Shown piece by piece: positions 23,039-32,812 of a stretch of 64,000 nt of DNA. Source of the stretch: an uncultured Chloroflexia bacterium (lineage in GTDB: Bacteria > Chloroflexota > Limnocylindria > Limnocylindrales > CSP1-4); NCBI GenBank assembly GCA_963828165.1, contig CAWHDR010000001.1, positions 1,568,001-1,632,000 on the forward strand, in the 5' to 3' direction. Both the position numbers and the translations under genes were made by a program. A model generated the notes under the pieces. The model saw only the letters and a program-made list of their open reading frames with translations, had not been told where the DNA came from and searched no databases. Every line of letters begins with the position of its first letter. Within the stretch, counting starts at the first letter, position 1.

Positions 23039-24089
23039 ATGTCCCCGCAGTCGATCGTCTGCGCAACGTGTAACGCCAGCGTTCCGTACGGACGGCTGTC
23101 ATGCCCGTCGTGCGGTGAGCTCCTGGCCTCGGTCGCCGGTGCGGCTCGATCGGCCAATGGGCGTTCGAAGGGTCGGGCATCGGTCGCCGAGCACGCTGCG
23201 CCCGTGGCTCTGACCGACGTGCCGCCGCAGGCCACGGCCACCGCGCCCCCGGAGACCGAGCGCGGGGCACCCGGGTGGGAGCCTCCGATCTTCCAGACGG
23301 TGTCCAGTACGACCGCCGCCGCCCCGGTCGCTGACACGGCATCGGACGCTGACTCCGCCGACAACCCCGGCTCGCCTGTGGGTACCGGGGCCGGTGCCGC
23401 TCCAGCGTCCGCGGTCGCCTGGCCCGCCGATTTGGTCCTCTCCGACGCCTGGCTGCCCGCCAACGCCATGCAGCCGGCTCCAGCGCCAGCCGTTGCCCGC
23501 CCTCCTGTGCCGATCCCCGCGTGAACCGGGTGCGCCGGGCGCGTATGTCCCGCCGATCGTCCGCGCGGAGCCATCGGGTCCTCCGGCCCCGGCTCGGGCG
23601 TGGGCCGGCCAGGCTGCCGTCGCAGCAGCAGCCGTCTCCAAAGACGACGGACCGCGAACCTCCGCGCGTGACCTCATCGATGCCACGCGTCTCACCGAGT
23701 TCGTCGGCTGGCTGGCCGTTGCCGGTTCGGCCATGGCCGCTGTCGGGTTCCTGCTCCCGTGGGGCATCAGCGTCATCGGGGCCACGGGCATCGGCTACTT
23801 CGATCGCTGGGGTCTCGCTGGCCCGTTCCACCCGATCGTCTTGCTGAGTCTGCTGGCCGTGCTCGGGCTCTCGCTCGTCCGAAACCCCGTGCCGCTGTGG
23901 CTGCGCGTAGGCGTGCTGGGTCTCGGCCTTGGCGCGCTGCTGCTCGGCCTTACCTGGCCGTACATCGTGGCCCTGTCCGGCACCGGCCCCGGGGCGATCG
24001 TCGTTGCGATCGGTGCGGTCGTCCTCGGTGCTGCCGGCGTGGGAGCACTGGCGTCCGACCGTCACGCCGGCGAGGATCAAGCCGTCTGA
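23039..24089 (+). CDS. Zinc-ribbon plus Pro/Ala linker plus 4-TM protein (+1 frameshift near 23515)
   Basis: CATC...CPSC N-terminus; the TM domain lies in ORF 23394..24089; extra C in a C-run. Confidence 0.62.
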
Positions 24090-24219
24090 GCCCGGTGGCC
24101 GGCGGGGCCCGCACGGCGTGGATCGCCGGGGTCCCCTGCTACACTGCCGCGCAACATCGACCTGACAATTCACGAGCGTCCGGCCGGTCCAATCCACGTT
24201 CACGGAGGCCCGCCCGGGC

Positions 24220-24888
24220 ATGGATCAGATCCTCGAAGGTATCGGCGATACGATCGGCGACATCATCGCGAGCGACGTCGTCCAGATCGGCGGCCGGATC
24301 ATCTTCGTCTACATCGCGGTGCTGTGGATCGCGTCCGCGTACTGGGCATTCCGCGACATGCAGCAGCGCTCGGACAACGCGATCCTGCCCTATCTCGTCG
24401 CTGCCGGGATCATCCTGTTCACCCCGTTCTTCTTCATCCTCGCCGTGTGGGTCTACAAGATCGTCCGGCCCCACGAGAAGATCGGCGAGGTCTGGGAGCG
24501 CAACCTTGCCGAGGAAGCGCTGCTCGCCGAGGTCGAGGCGATCCACCACTGCCCGACCTGCGAGCGACGGGTCGACGATGAATGGATCATCTGCCCGTCC
24601 TGCCGGACACGCCTGAATCGGGTCTGCCCCAACTGTTCGCGCCTGGTCGGCCTGGACTGGTCGCTGTGCGCCTGGTGCGGCAAGGACTTCGAGCGGCGTG
24701 AGATCGCGGCGGCCGCGACGATCGAGCCGCTGCCGTCCGGCCTGGAGCCGACCGGTCGCATCGCAGCGCCCGCGAGCGCCTCGACCCCGGCCATCCCGGC
24801 ATCGATCCAGACGACCGTCCGGTCACGCGGCACCTCGCGCGGTCCGGGCCGCTCCGCCGCTACCGGGGATCCGCTGCCCGAGCGTTGA
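24220..24888 (+). CDS. Membrane protein with double zinc ribbon (DZR)
   Basis: Two TM segments then CPTC, CPSC, CPNC, CAWC; GGAGG RBS. Confidence 0.82.
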   Translation: MDQILEGIGDTIGDIIASDVVQIGGRIIFVYIAVLWIASAYWAFRDMQQRSDNAILPYLVAAGIILFTPFFFILAVWVYKIVRPHEKIGEVWERNLAEEALLAEVEAIHHCPTCERRVDDEWIICPSCRTRLNRVCPNCSRLVGLDWSLCAWCGKDFERREIAAAATIEPLPSGLEPTGRIAAPASASTPAIPASIQTTVRSRGTSRGPGRSAATGDPLPER

Positions 24889-25927
24889 TCCCATCCGAGC
24901 CGGGCTCCTCGGATCCCGTCGAACACCCTGACGGCCCTCCTGCCAAGGATCTTTCTCCCGCGCGCCCGGGGGCCAGCACCTTCACCATCGAGGGCCGGGC
25001 AGCGCCCGCCCTGTTCGTCGTGGGCTGGCTCGCCACCCTCATCGGCTTCGGTGCCATCTTCGTCGCGCTCCTGGCCGGCGGGAACCCGGGCGCCGCGATC
25101 CTGCTCGCTGCGGGCCTCGCGTTGCTGTCGATCGGGCTGGTCGCTGGGCGCCGGTGCGCAGGGGATCGAGCGACGATCCCGGGCCGACCAGCTCTACAAG
25201 GGTCCCTCGCCGATCCTGGTGTTCGTGGCGTCGGTGCCGGTGTCGCTGCTCGCGGTCCTGGTCATCGCCATCCCGCTCACCATCGTCGGCATCGCCGGTC
25301 GACGGGCCGGTGGGGCGGCTTGCATCGGTCGCGGTCCAGGCGGTCATCTACGCCGGCCTGATCCGCCTGCTGGTCGTCGACACCGGTGCGCTGTCCTGGG
25401 CCGAGATGGGCCTGCGGCGGTTCGATCGCCGGGCGCTCGGCGAGCTGGCCAGCGGCGCACTGTGGGCCGGCCCGGTCATCCTGCTCACGATCCCGGTCGC
25501 GGCCATCCTCAGCCAGATCTTCCCGGTGACCCCGGTCAGCCCGCTGCCCCCGACCGGCGAGGTCCTGGGCTTCGCGATCCACCTCCTGGCGGGGGCCGTC
25601 ATCGCGCCGGTCGGGGAGGAGCTGCTGTTCCGCGCGTTCGCTACGACCGCCTGGGCGCGGTCGCTCGGAGATCGACGGGCGCTCATCCGGGGCGCCCTCT
25701 TCTTCGCCCTCGTCCATGTCCTCACGATCAGCGGGGCGTCGGCCGGCGAGGCGCTCTCGCTCGCGATCGTCGGGTTCGCATCGCGGATCCCCGTGGCGCT
25801 CGCGCTCGGGTGGCTGTTCCTCAAGCGCCGCAGCGTGTGGGCTCCGATCGGACTGCATGCGACGTTCAACGGGATCCTCCTGGCGCTCGGCGAGTTCGCG
25901 GCCCGTAACGGGGTCGTGCCCAGCTGA
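24885..25927 (+). CDS. CPBP/Abi (CAAX-type) intramembrane metalloprotease (two +1 frameshifts near 25147 and 25294)
   Basis: APVGEELLFR, FFALVH, IGLHATFN motifs. Confidence 0.82.
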
Positions 25928-26107
25928 CGGTCGTGCTCGGCCCCGGCTGGGTTAGCGGTCGCGAAGGGGCGGTTGAGCCCCCGGTGAGGGCTCCTGACTA
26001 GGCTCTGCGTCGTCCCCGAGGTCCGGATGGCGGGGGGAATCGGCGGGCTCTCGTCGTCCGGGCCCTCGGGGACACCTTCGGCCTGCGTCGTCCCAAGGAG
26101 GTTCGCG

Positions 26108-26857
26108 GTGATCGATCCGCAGGTTCCCGCTAGCGTTCGCGGGCACACGATCCGCGAGCTCCCGGCCGCCGAACGACCCCGTGAGCGGCTCGCCCAGCGC
26201 GGGCCCGGCGGGTTGACGGCCGCGGAGCTGATCGCCCTGCTGTGGGGGAGCGGCGTGCGTGGACGGTCAGCGGTGGACCTCGCGACGGATGCCCTGAGCG
26301 GTCACGACGGACTGGCCGGGCTGGCGCGCGCCAGCGACCTCGAACTGGCGGCCATCCCCGGCATCGGCCAGGCCAAGGCCGCCCAGCTCCTGGCCGCCTT
26401 CGAGCTCGGGCGTCGATTGATGGCCGACTGGCCCGCCGGTCGCTGGTCGATCCGCGGACCGCACGACGTCGCGGATCGCCTGATCCTCCAGATGGGCCGC
26501 CTCGAGCGCGAGGAGCTGCGCGTCGTGATCCTCGACACGAAGAACCACGTGCTGCGCGTCGAGACCGTCTACCAGGGCAACGTGAACTCGTCGCTGGTCC
26601 GCGTCGGCGAGCTGTATCGCGACGCCGTCCGGCTCAATGCCGCGAGCATCATCCTCGTTCACAACCACCCGAGCGGTGATCCGACGCCGTCCCCGGACGA
26701 CCTGCACCTGACTGCGGAGGCCCTGGCTGCCGGTCGGCTGCTCGACATCGGCCTGCTCGACCACCTCGTGATCGGGCACGACGCGTACGCCTCGCTCCGC
26801 GATCGGGGAGTGGCGTTCGATCGCCCGACGAACGGTGTCCCTGCACGCGCCGACTAG
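26108..26857 (+). CDS. radC: RadC family JAB-domain protein
   Basis: ERPRERL, HhH IPGIGQAKA, HNHPSGDPTPSPDD, LLDHLVIG; AAGGAGG RBS. Confidence 0.93.
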   Translation: MIDPQVPASVRGHTIRELPAAERPRERLAQRGPGGLTAAELIALLWGSGVRGRSAVDLATDALSGHDGLAGLARASDLELAAIPGIGQAKAAQLLAAFELGRRLMADWPAGRWSIRGPHDVADRLILQMGRLEREELRVVILDTKNHVLRVETVYQGNVNSSLVRVGELYRDAVRLNAASIILVHNHPSGDPTPSPDDLHLTAEALAAGRLLDIGLLDHLVIGHDAYASLRDRGVAFDRPTNGVPARAD

Positions 26858-27132
26858 GCATGACCGATCGCGGAGGGTCATGTCCCCGACCGGTTCAATT
26901 GCCAGCGGTGGGGGGACCACGGCGGTCGCCAGCGTCGGGGACGAGACTAGTGTAGGGGCGGGGGGAAGGACCCGAGCGATCCGGCCGCGGGCGGTCACGT
27001 CCGGGGCCTCTGGTAGACTGCGCGGGCTGCCCGGCCCCGTGACATCGGCGCGACCCCGGCCTCATCCCGGCCCGGCGGTCCGCCCGCGACCCGCCCGACG
27101 ACCCCCGTATCGACGAGGACTCTCTCCCTACC

Positions 27133-28185
27133 ATGCTCGACCGCCTGCTCGGCCTCTTCTCCCGCGACATCGGTATCGACCTCGGGACCGCCAACACCCT
27201 GGTCCATGTCCGCGACCGCGGGATCGTCATGAGCGAGCCGTCCGTCGTCGCGATCGATGCCAAGACCAAGCGCGTGCTCGCCATCGGCGCGGAGGCGAAG
27301 CGGATGGTCGGGCGCACGCCGGCCAACATCATCGCGGTCCGACCGCTGCGCGACGGCGTCATCAGCGACTTCGACGTCACCGAGCAGATGATCAAGTACT
27401 TCGTGAACCGCGTGCACGACCGCATCGGGCTCATCCCGCGACCGCGGATGCTGCTCGGCATCCCGTCCGGCGTCACCGAGGTGGAGAAGCGCGCCGTCAA
27501 GGACGCTGCGCTCAACGCCGGGGCGCGCTGGGCACGGCTCATCGAGGAGCCGATGGCCGCGGCGATCGGGGCCGGGCTCCCCGTCTCTGAGCCGTCCGGC
27601 AGCCTCATCGTCGACATCGGTGGCGGCACCACGGAAGTCGCCGTCATCTCGCTCGGCGGCATCGTCGTCTCGCGTTCCATCCGCATCGGTGGCGACGAGA
27701 TGGATCAGGACATCGTCACGTTCGCCCGCCGCGAGTACAACCTGTTTCTGGGCGAGCGGACGGCGGAGGACATCAAGATCGCGATCGGATCCGCCTACCC
27801 CGGGGAGTGGGACGCCCAGCGTGTCACGCTCCGCGGTCGCGACCTGCTGACCGGGCTGCCGCGGAGCGTCGAAGTCGGCGCCGACCAGATCCGCGAGGCC
27901 ATCGAGCCGTCCGTCGCCCAGATCGTCGATACCGTGAAGGACACGATCGAGGAGACGCCGCCTGAGCTCGTGGCGGACATCATGGATCAGGGCATCGTCG
28001 TGGCCGGTGGCGGCGCGCTGCTGGCCGGGCTCGATCGGCGGATCGCCGAGGCGACCCAGATGCCGGTCCACGTCGCGGACGACCCGCTGACCTGCGTCGT
28101 GCGCGGCACTGGCCTTGTCCTCCAGGAGCTCGATGCGATGGATCGCGTCCTCGTCTCGGAGACCTACGCGCGCCCCCCGCGCTGA
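27133..28185 (+). CDS. mreB: Rod shape-determining protein MreB
   Basis: IGIDLGTANTL, RPLRDGVISDF, EEPMAAAIGAG, VDIGGGTTE. Confidence 0.97.
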   Translation: MLDRLLGLFSRDIGIDLGTANTLVHVRDRGIVMSEPSVVAIDAKTKRVLAIGAEAKRMVGRTPANIIAVRPLRDGVISDFDVTEQMIKYFVNRVHDRIGLIPRPRMLLGIPSGVTEVEKRAVKDAALNAGARWARLIEEPMAAAIGAGLPVSEPSGSLIVDIGGGTTEVAVISLGGIVVSRSIRIGGDEMDQDIVTFARREYNLFLGERTAEDIKIAIGSAYPGEWDAQRVTLRGRDLLTGLPRSVEVGADQIREAIEPSVAQIVDTVKDTIEETPPELVADIMDQGIVVAGGGALLAGLDRRIAEATQMPVHVADDPLTCVVRGTGLVLQELDAMDRVLVSETYARPPR

Positions 28186-28209
28186 CGGGGTCCGTACGAT
28201 GACGGACCG

Positions 28210-29199
28210 ATGACCTCCCTCCTATCCACCCGAGCCGGCCGCCGCCGAAGCATCGCCTTCACGGTGCTCATCGCTGTCAGCCTCGTCCTCATGGCGTTCT
28301 CCACCAATCCGCTGGTGCGCGACCTCCAGAGCGGCGTTGGCTTTGCGTTCCGGCCGATCCAGAGTGCGCTGGACGAGGTGGCCGGCGGCGTCGCGTCGAT
28401 CGGGGCCGCCATCGCCGAGATCGATCGGCTGCGGGTCGACAACGCGGCCCTGCGGGACGAGAACGAGCGCCTGGCCATCCAGGAGGCCGTCTCCGAGGAG
28501 GTCATGCGCGAGAACGAGCAGCTGACGGCGCTGCTCCAGCTCCGGGCGGGCTTCGAACACGAGACCGTGGCGGCTGCCGTCATCTCGCGCGAGTCGTCGG
28601 AGTTCCGTCGGGCCATCGGGCTGGACAAGGGCTCCAACGACGGGATCTCCGAAGGCGACGTCGTGGTCGTGGCTGGCGGTGCGCTCGCCGGTCGCGTCAC
28701 GCAGGTCGGACCGGACAGCGCGATGGTCGTCCTGCTGACCGACGGTACCTCGACGGTCATCGGGCAGCTCGTGTCGAACGCCGCGAGGGGCCAGGTCGTC
28801 GGCCAGCTCGGCGGCGTGCTCGTGATGGAGCAGATCGACTCCGGCGAGGTCGTCGTCCAGGGCGACGAGGTCGTCACGGCCGGACTGGAGCTGGGTGGTG
28901 GCGTCCGGTCGCCCTATCCGAAGGGCCTGCTCATCGGGCAGGTCGTCGACGTCCGCCGTGACGCGAATGCCGTGGTGCAGACGGCCTACCTGCAACCGGC
29001 GGCGAACCTCGACAAGCTCGAATTCGTGCTCGTGATCACCGACTACGAAGGCGGATTGCCCCCGGTCGAGGAACAGCCGATCGACTGTGGCGAGGGCGGG
29101 GAAGGCACCCTGCCGGAAGGGGAGCAGCCGTGCCTCGACCCGACGCCGCGCCCGACCGCCACGCCGCCCAGCACGCCGCGACCGTCCACGGCGCCGTAG
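28210..29199 (+). CDS. mreC: Rod shape-determining protein MreC
   Basis: TM, coiled coil (LRDENERL), LDKGSNDGI, VVTAG...YPKGLLIGQV; follows mreB. Confidence 0.92.
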   Translation: MTSLLSTRAGRRRSIAFTVLIAVSLVLMAFSTNPLVRDLQSGVGFAFRPIQSALDEVAGGVASIGAAIAEIDRLRVDNAALRDENERLAIQEAVSEEVMRENEQLTALLQLRAGFEHETVAAAVISRESSEFRRAIGLDKGSNDGISEGDVVVVAGGALAGRVTQVGPDSAMVVLLTDGTSTVIGQLVSNAARGQVVGQLGGVLVMEQIDSGEVVVQGDEVVTAGLELGGGVRSPYPKGLLIGQVVDVRRDANAVVQTAYLQPAANLDKLEFVLVITDYEGGLPPVEEQPIDCGEGGEGTLPEGEQPCLDPTPRPTATPPSTPRPSTAP

Positions 29200-29269
29200 G
29201 CCGGGCCAAGCCGGCCCGTACTTTCGGGAGGTCCGGTCCGCGCCACGAGCCCTGCTACGCTTCGCGGCC

Positions 29270-30031
29270 ATGAAGGGCATCGTGCTCGCTGGCGGGACCG
29301 CCACGCGCCTCTTTCCGCTCACGATCGTCACCAACAAGCACCTGCTGCCGATCTACGACCGGCCGATGATCTACTACCCCATCGAGACCCTTGCCTCGAT
29401 GGGCATCCGCGAGGTCCTGGTCGTCGTTGGTGGCAAGAGCGTCGGTGACGTCGTGGAGCTGCTCGGCGACGGCTCGCATTTCGGCCTGGACCTGACGTAC
29501 CGCTATCAGGCCGGTGCCCAGGGCATCGCCCAGGCCATCGGCCTGACCCGCCAGTTCGTCGGTGACGATGCCTTCTGCTGCGTCCTGGGGGATAACATCC
29601 TGCGCGGTCCGGCCCTCGCCGATGTCGCCCGCGAGTTCGAGGAGAGCGACCACGGCGCCGGCACGCTGCTGTATCGCGTCCCGGACCCGGAGCGCTTCGG
29701 CGTCGCGGAGCTGGACGAGAGCGGCAAGGTCGTCGGTTTCGAGGAGAAACCGAAGGTGCCCAAGAGCGACCTCATCCCGATCGGCGTGTATTTCCTGCGT
29801 CCGGACGCGTTCGATGTCATCGGCCGTCTCGCCCCCTCGAAGCGGGGCGAGTTCGAGATCACCGACGTGCTGAATCACTACATCCCCGACGGACGGCTGT
29901 TCACGCGGGTGTACGAAGGCCACTGGACCGATGCCGGGACCGTGCCGTCGCTGCTGCGCGCGTCGGAGCTGGCGCGCGACGACGACGCGGTGGGCCGGCT
30001 GCCGCCACCGTCGGAGCGTCCGATCGGATGA
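29270..30031 (+). CDS. rmlA: Glucose-1-phosphate thymidylyltransferase
   Basis: MKGIVLAGGTATRLFPLT..NKHLLPIYDRPMIYYP, ERFGVAE, EEKP, WTDAGT. Confidence 0.92.
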   Translation: MKGIVLAGGTATRLFPLTIVTNKHLLPIYDRPMIYYPIETLASMGIREVLVVVGGKSVGDVVELLGDGSHFGLDLTYRYQAGAQGIAQAIGLTRQFVGDDAFCCVLGDNILRGPALADVAREFEESDHGAGTLLYRVPDPERFGVAELDESGKVVGFEEKPKVPKSDLIPIGVYFLRPDAFDVIGRLAPSKRGEFEITDVLNHYIPDGRLFTRVYEGHWTDAGTVPSLLRASELARDDDAVGRLPPPSERPIG

Positions 30032-31113
30032 CCGAAGGCCCCACGGATCCCGCCACCGACCCCACGGGGGCGGCCCGCGACTATCGCCGCCTCCTCGTCA
30101 CCGGAGGAGCCGGGTTCATCGGCTCGTGCTTTGTCCGTGACATCCTCGGGCGACGCGACGGCACAGAGATCACCGTTCTCGACAAGCTGACCTACGCCGG
30201 CAACGAGGCCAACCTCGCCGCGATCCGTGCCGACCCGGAGATGGACGCTCGACTGCGCTTCGTGGTCGGCGACATCGCCGACCGGGATGTCGTGAACGAC
30301 CTCGTGCGCGACGTCGATGCGGTGCTCAACTTCGCGGCGGAGTCGCACGTCGACCGGTCCATCCTTGACCCGGAGGCGTTCCTGGTGACCGGGGTCATCG
30401 GGGTCCACATGCTGCTGGAGGCCTGCCGGACCGCGCCACAGCGGCCGCGCTATCTCCAGGTCTCGACCGACGAGGTCTATGGCTCGGTGGCGGAGGGGCA
30501 GTCGCGCGAGACCGACGTCCTGGCGCCGCGCTCCCCGTACGCGGCGGCGAAAGCCAGCGGCGAGCTGCTCGTGCGGAGCTACGTCGTGACCCACGGGCTC
30601 GATGCGGTCGTCACCCGCGGCTCGAATACGTACGGGCCATATCACCATCCAGAGAAGCTCATTCCGTTGTTCGTCACCAACGCGATCGACGACCTGCCGC
30701 TGCCGCTCTACGGCGACGGCCTCCAGCGACGCGACTGGCTGTACGTGTCGGACCACGCCGCGGGCATCGATCACGTGCTCCGTCACGGCCGGACGGGCGA
30801 GACGTACAACATCGCCGGGGGCGTCGAGATGACGAACCGCGATACCGTCGGCCTCCTGCTCAAGCACCTCGGCAAGCCGTGGTCGCTGGTCCGCCACGTC
30901 GAGGATCGGCCCGGGCACGATCGACGCTACGCCATGGACGGTTCCAAGCTGTCCGAGCTCGGTTGGCGCGCGCAGACCACCTTCGAGGACGGCCTGGCCC
31001 GGACGATCGACTGGTTCGTCGACAACGAGCCGTGGTGGCGTGCCGCCCGAACCGGGGACTGGGACGCCTACTACGAGCGCCAGTACGGGCAGCGGCTGCG
31101 GACCGCGACCTGA
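30028..31113 (+). CDS. rmlB: dTDP-glucose 4,6-dehydratase
   Basis: VTGGAGFIG, DKLTYAGN, AAESHVDRSI, STDEVYG, DRPGHDRRY. Confidence 0.96.
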   Translation: MTEGPTDPATDPTGAARDYRRLLVTGGAGFIGSCFVRDILGRRDGTEITVLDKLTYAGNEANLAAIRADPEMDARLRFVVGDIADRDVVNDLVRDVDAVLNFAAESHVDRSILDPEAFLVTGVIGVHMLLEACRTAPQRPRYLQVSTDEVYGSVAEGQSRETDVLAPRSPYAAAKASGELLVRSYVVTHGLDAVVTRGSNTYGPYHHPEKLIPLFVTNAIDDLPLPLYGDGLQRRDWLYVSDHAAGIDHVLRHGRTGETYNIAGGVEMTNRDTVGLLLKHLGKPWSLVRHVEDRPGHDRRYAMDGSKLSELGWRAQTTFEDGLARTIDWFVDNEPWWRAARTGDWDAYYERQYGQRLRTAT

Positions 31114-32048
31114 TGCGCGTCGCGGTCACGGGCTCGACCGGCCGGCTCGGGTCCGCCCTGGTCACCGCCCTCGGCGAGGCGCCGTTCACGGGCCCGCGCG
31201 GGCCCCTCGCGTGGACCCGGGCGGACCTGGATCTCGACGTACCGGACGGCGTGACCACTGCGCTCGACCGAGACAAGCCGGAGGTCGTGGTGCATACCGC
31301 GGCCTGGACCGACGTCGATGGCTGCGCCCGAGAGCCCGACGTCGCCCAGCGTCGCAACGGCGACGCGACCGGGGTTCTGGCTGCGGCGTGCGCGGCTCGG
31401 GGCGTCGAGCTCCTGGTCGTCTCGACGAACGAGGTGTTCGCCGGGGATCGCGACAGTCGGGTGGGGTACGCGCCCAGCGATCCGACGTCGCCCCCGAACG
31501 CCTACGGCCGCTCGAAGCTGGCCGGCGAACGGGCTGCCACCGAGGCGTTCGGGGAGGCCGGCCGGGACGGCAGTCTCGGGATCGCGCGGACCGCCTGGCT
31601 GTTCGGGCCTCCCGGGCGCGACTTTCCGCACAAGATCCTCGACGCCGCGGCGAAGGCGCAGGCCGAGGGGGCGCCGCTGCGCGTCGTCGGCGACGAGTGG
31701 GGCACGCCCACGTACGCCGCCGACGCCGCCGACGCGATCGTCGAGCTGCTGGGTGCCGACGCCCTCGCCGGTGTCCATCACCTCGTCAACGACGAGGTCG
31801 CCACCCGAGCGACCTGGGCCGAGGACATCCTGGATCGGCTCGGGGTGGGCTGGGCCGTACAGCCCGTGCCTGGAACCACGTGGGCGCGCGCGTCCGTGCC
31901 ACCGCGTTGGGGCGTGCTCGCCGCGACGCCCCTCCCGAGTGGCGAGCCCATGCGTTCGTGGCGCGCGGCGATGGCCGACTACGCGCCCGTGCTCAGGCGC
32001 GAGCGGAAGCTGACGGCGGCCACTGCCACGACGGAGTCGCGGCGTTGA
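31113..32048 (+). CDS. rmlD: dTDP-4-dehydrorhamnose reductase
   Basis: VTGSTGRLG, AAWTDVDGC, YGRSKLAGE, RTAWLFG, GTPT. Confidence 0.92.
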   Translation: MRVAVTGSTGRLGSALVTALGEAPFTGPRGPLAWTRADLDLDVPDGVTTALDRDKPEVVVHTAAWTDVDGCAREPDVAQRRNGDATGVLAAACAARGVELLVVSTNEVFAGDRDSRVGYAPSDPTSPPNAYGRSKLAGERAATEAFGEAGRDGSLGIARTAWLFGPPGRDFPHKILDAAAKAQAEGAPLRVVGDEWGTPTYAADAADAIVELLGADALAGVHHLVNDEVATRATWAEDILDRLGVGWAVQPVPGTTWARASVPPRWGVLAATPLPSGEPMRSWRAAMADYAPVLRRERKLTAATATTESRR

Positions 32049-32644
32049 CCGACCTCGACCGCCCCGCCTCGACGCTCGACGGCGTCCGCTACGGGGCGAT
32101 CGCCCAATTCGACGACCCGCGCGGGTCCTTCCGCGAGATCTGGCGCGACGACACGTTCGGCCCGATCGACCCTGCCGATGCCGGCGCGCCCCCCGGCAGC
32201 GATGCACGCTTCGTCCAGGCCAACCTCTCGACCTCGGCGGCCGGCGTTCTTCGCGGCCTGCACCTCCACCAGCGCCAGCTCGACCACTGGGTCGTTGCCT
32301 CGGGCCGAGCGTTCGTCGCCCTCGTGGACGTGCGCCCGATGCTCCGCGGCCACTCCGACCGCCCACTGGTCGAAACGCGTGAGCTCACCGCCGACGAATG
32401 GGTCGACATCCCGATCGGCGTCGCCCACGGGTTCCTCGCGCTCGAGCCCCTGCAGCTCATCTATCTCGTGACCAACGCGTATGACGGCAGCGACGAGCTG
32501 GGGTTCGCCTGGGACGATCCCCTGGCCGCGGTGGCCTGGCCGGCCGTCCACGAGACGCCGGACGGCAGCCCGGTCCTGTCGGACCGCGACCGCACGAACC
32601 CGTCGCTGACCGAGCTCCTGGGGCGGTTGCGCACCACCGGCTGA
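32045..32644 (+). CDS. rmlC: dTDP-4-dehydrorhamnose 3,5-epimerase
   Basis: DPRGSFRE, QANLSTS..GVLRGLH, GVAHGF, WDDP. Confidence 0.92.
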   Translation: MTDLDRPASTLDGVRYGAIAQFDDPRGSFREIWRDDTFGPIDPADAGAPPGSDARFVQANLSTSAAGVLRGLHLHQRQLDHWVVASGRAFVALVDVRPMLRGHSDRPLVETRELTADEWVDIPIGVAHGFLALEPLQLIYLVTNAYDGSDELGFAWDDPLAAVAWPAVHETPDGSPVLSDRDRTNPSLTELLGRLRTTG

Positions 32645-32812
32645 CCGGCCTCTGGTGAGCACAGACCGGACCGAACCGCACCCTGCCTGACCAGGCAGGT
32701 CCATCTCGCGACCCGATGGGGCTACAGCCGTCGGGACCATGGCGCGATTGAGCCGGGCGCCCACTTCGGTGAGGCTGGGACCACGGACCCCTGCCCCCAA
32801 CCCGGAGTTCCC

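Noticed and set aside
26108-26857. radC as a mobile-element marker
   Set aside because: It is the full-length HhH+JAB form in the usual chromosomal radC-mreBC context.
26858-27132. Possible ncRNA between radC and mreB
   Set aside because: Only generic GC-rich hairpins; no tRNA, SRP, 6S or riboswitch motif could be recognised.
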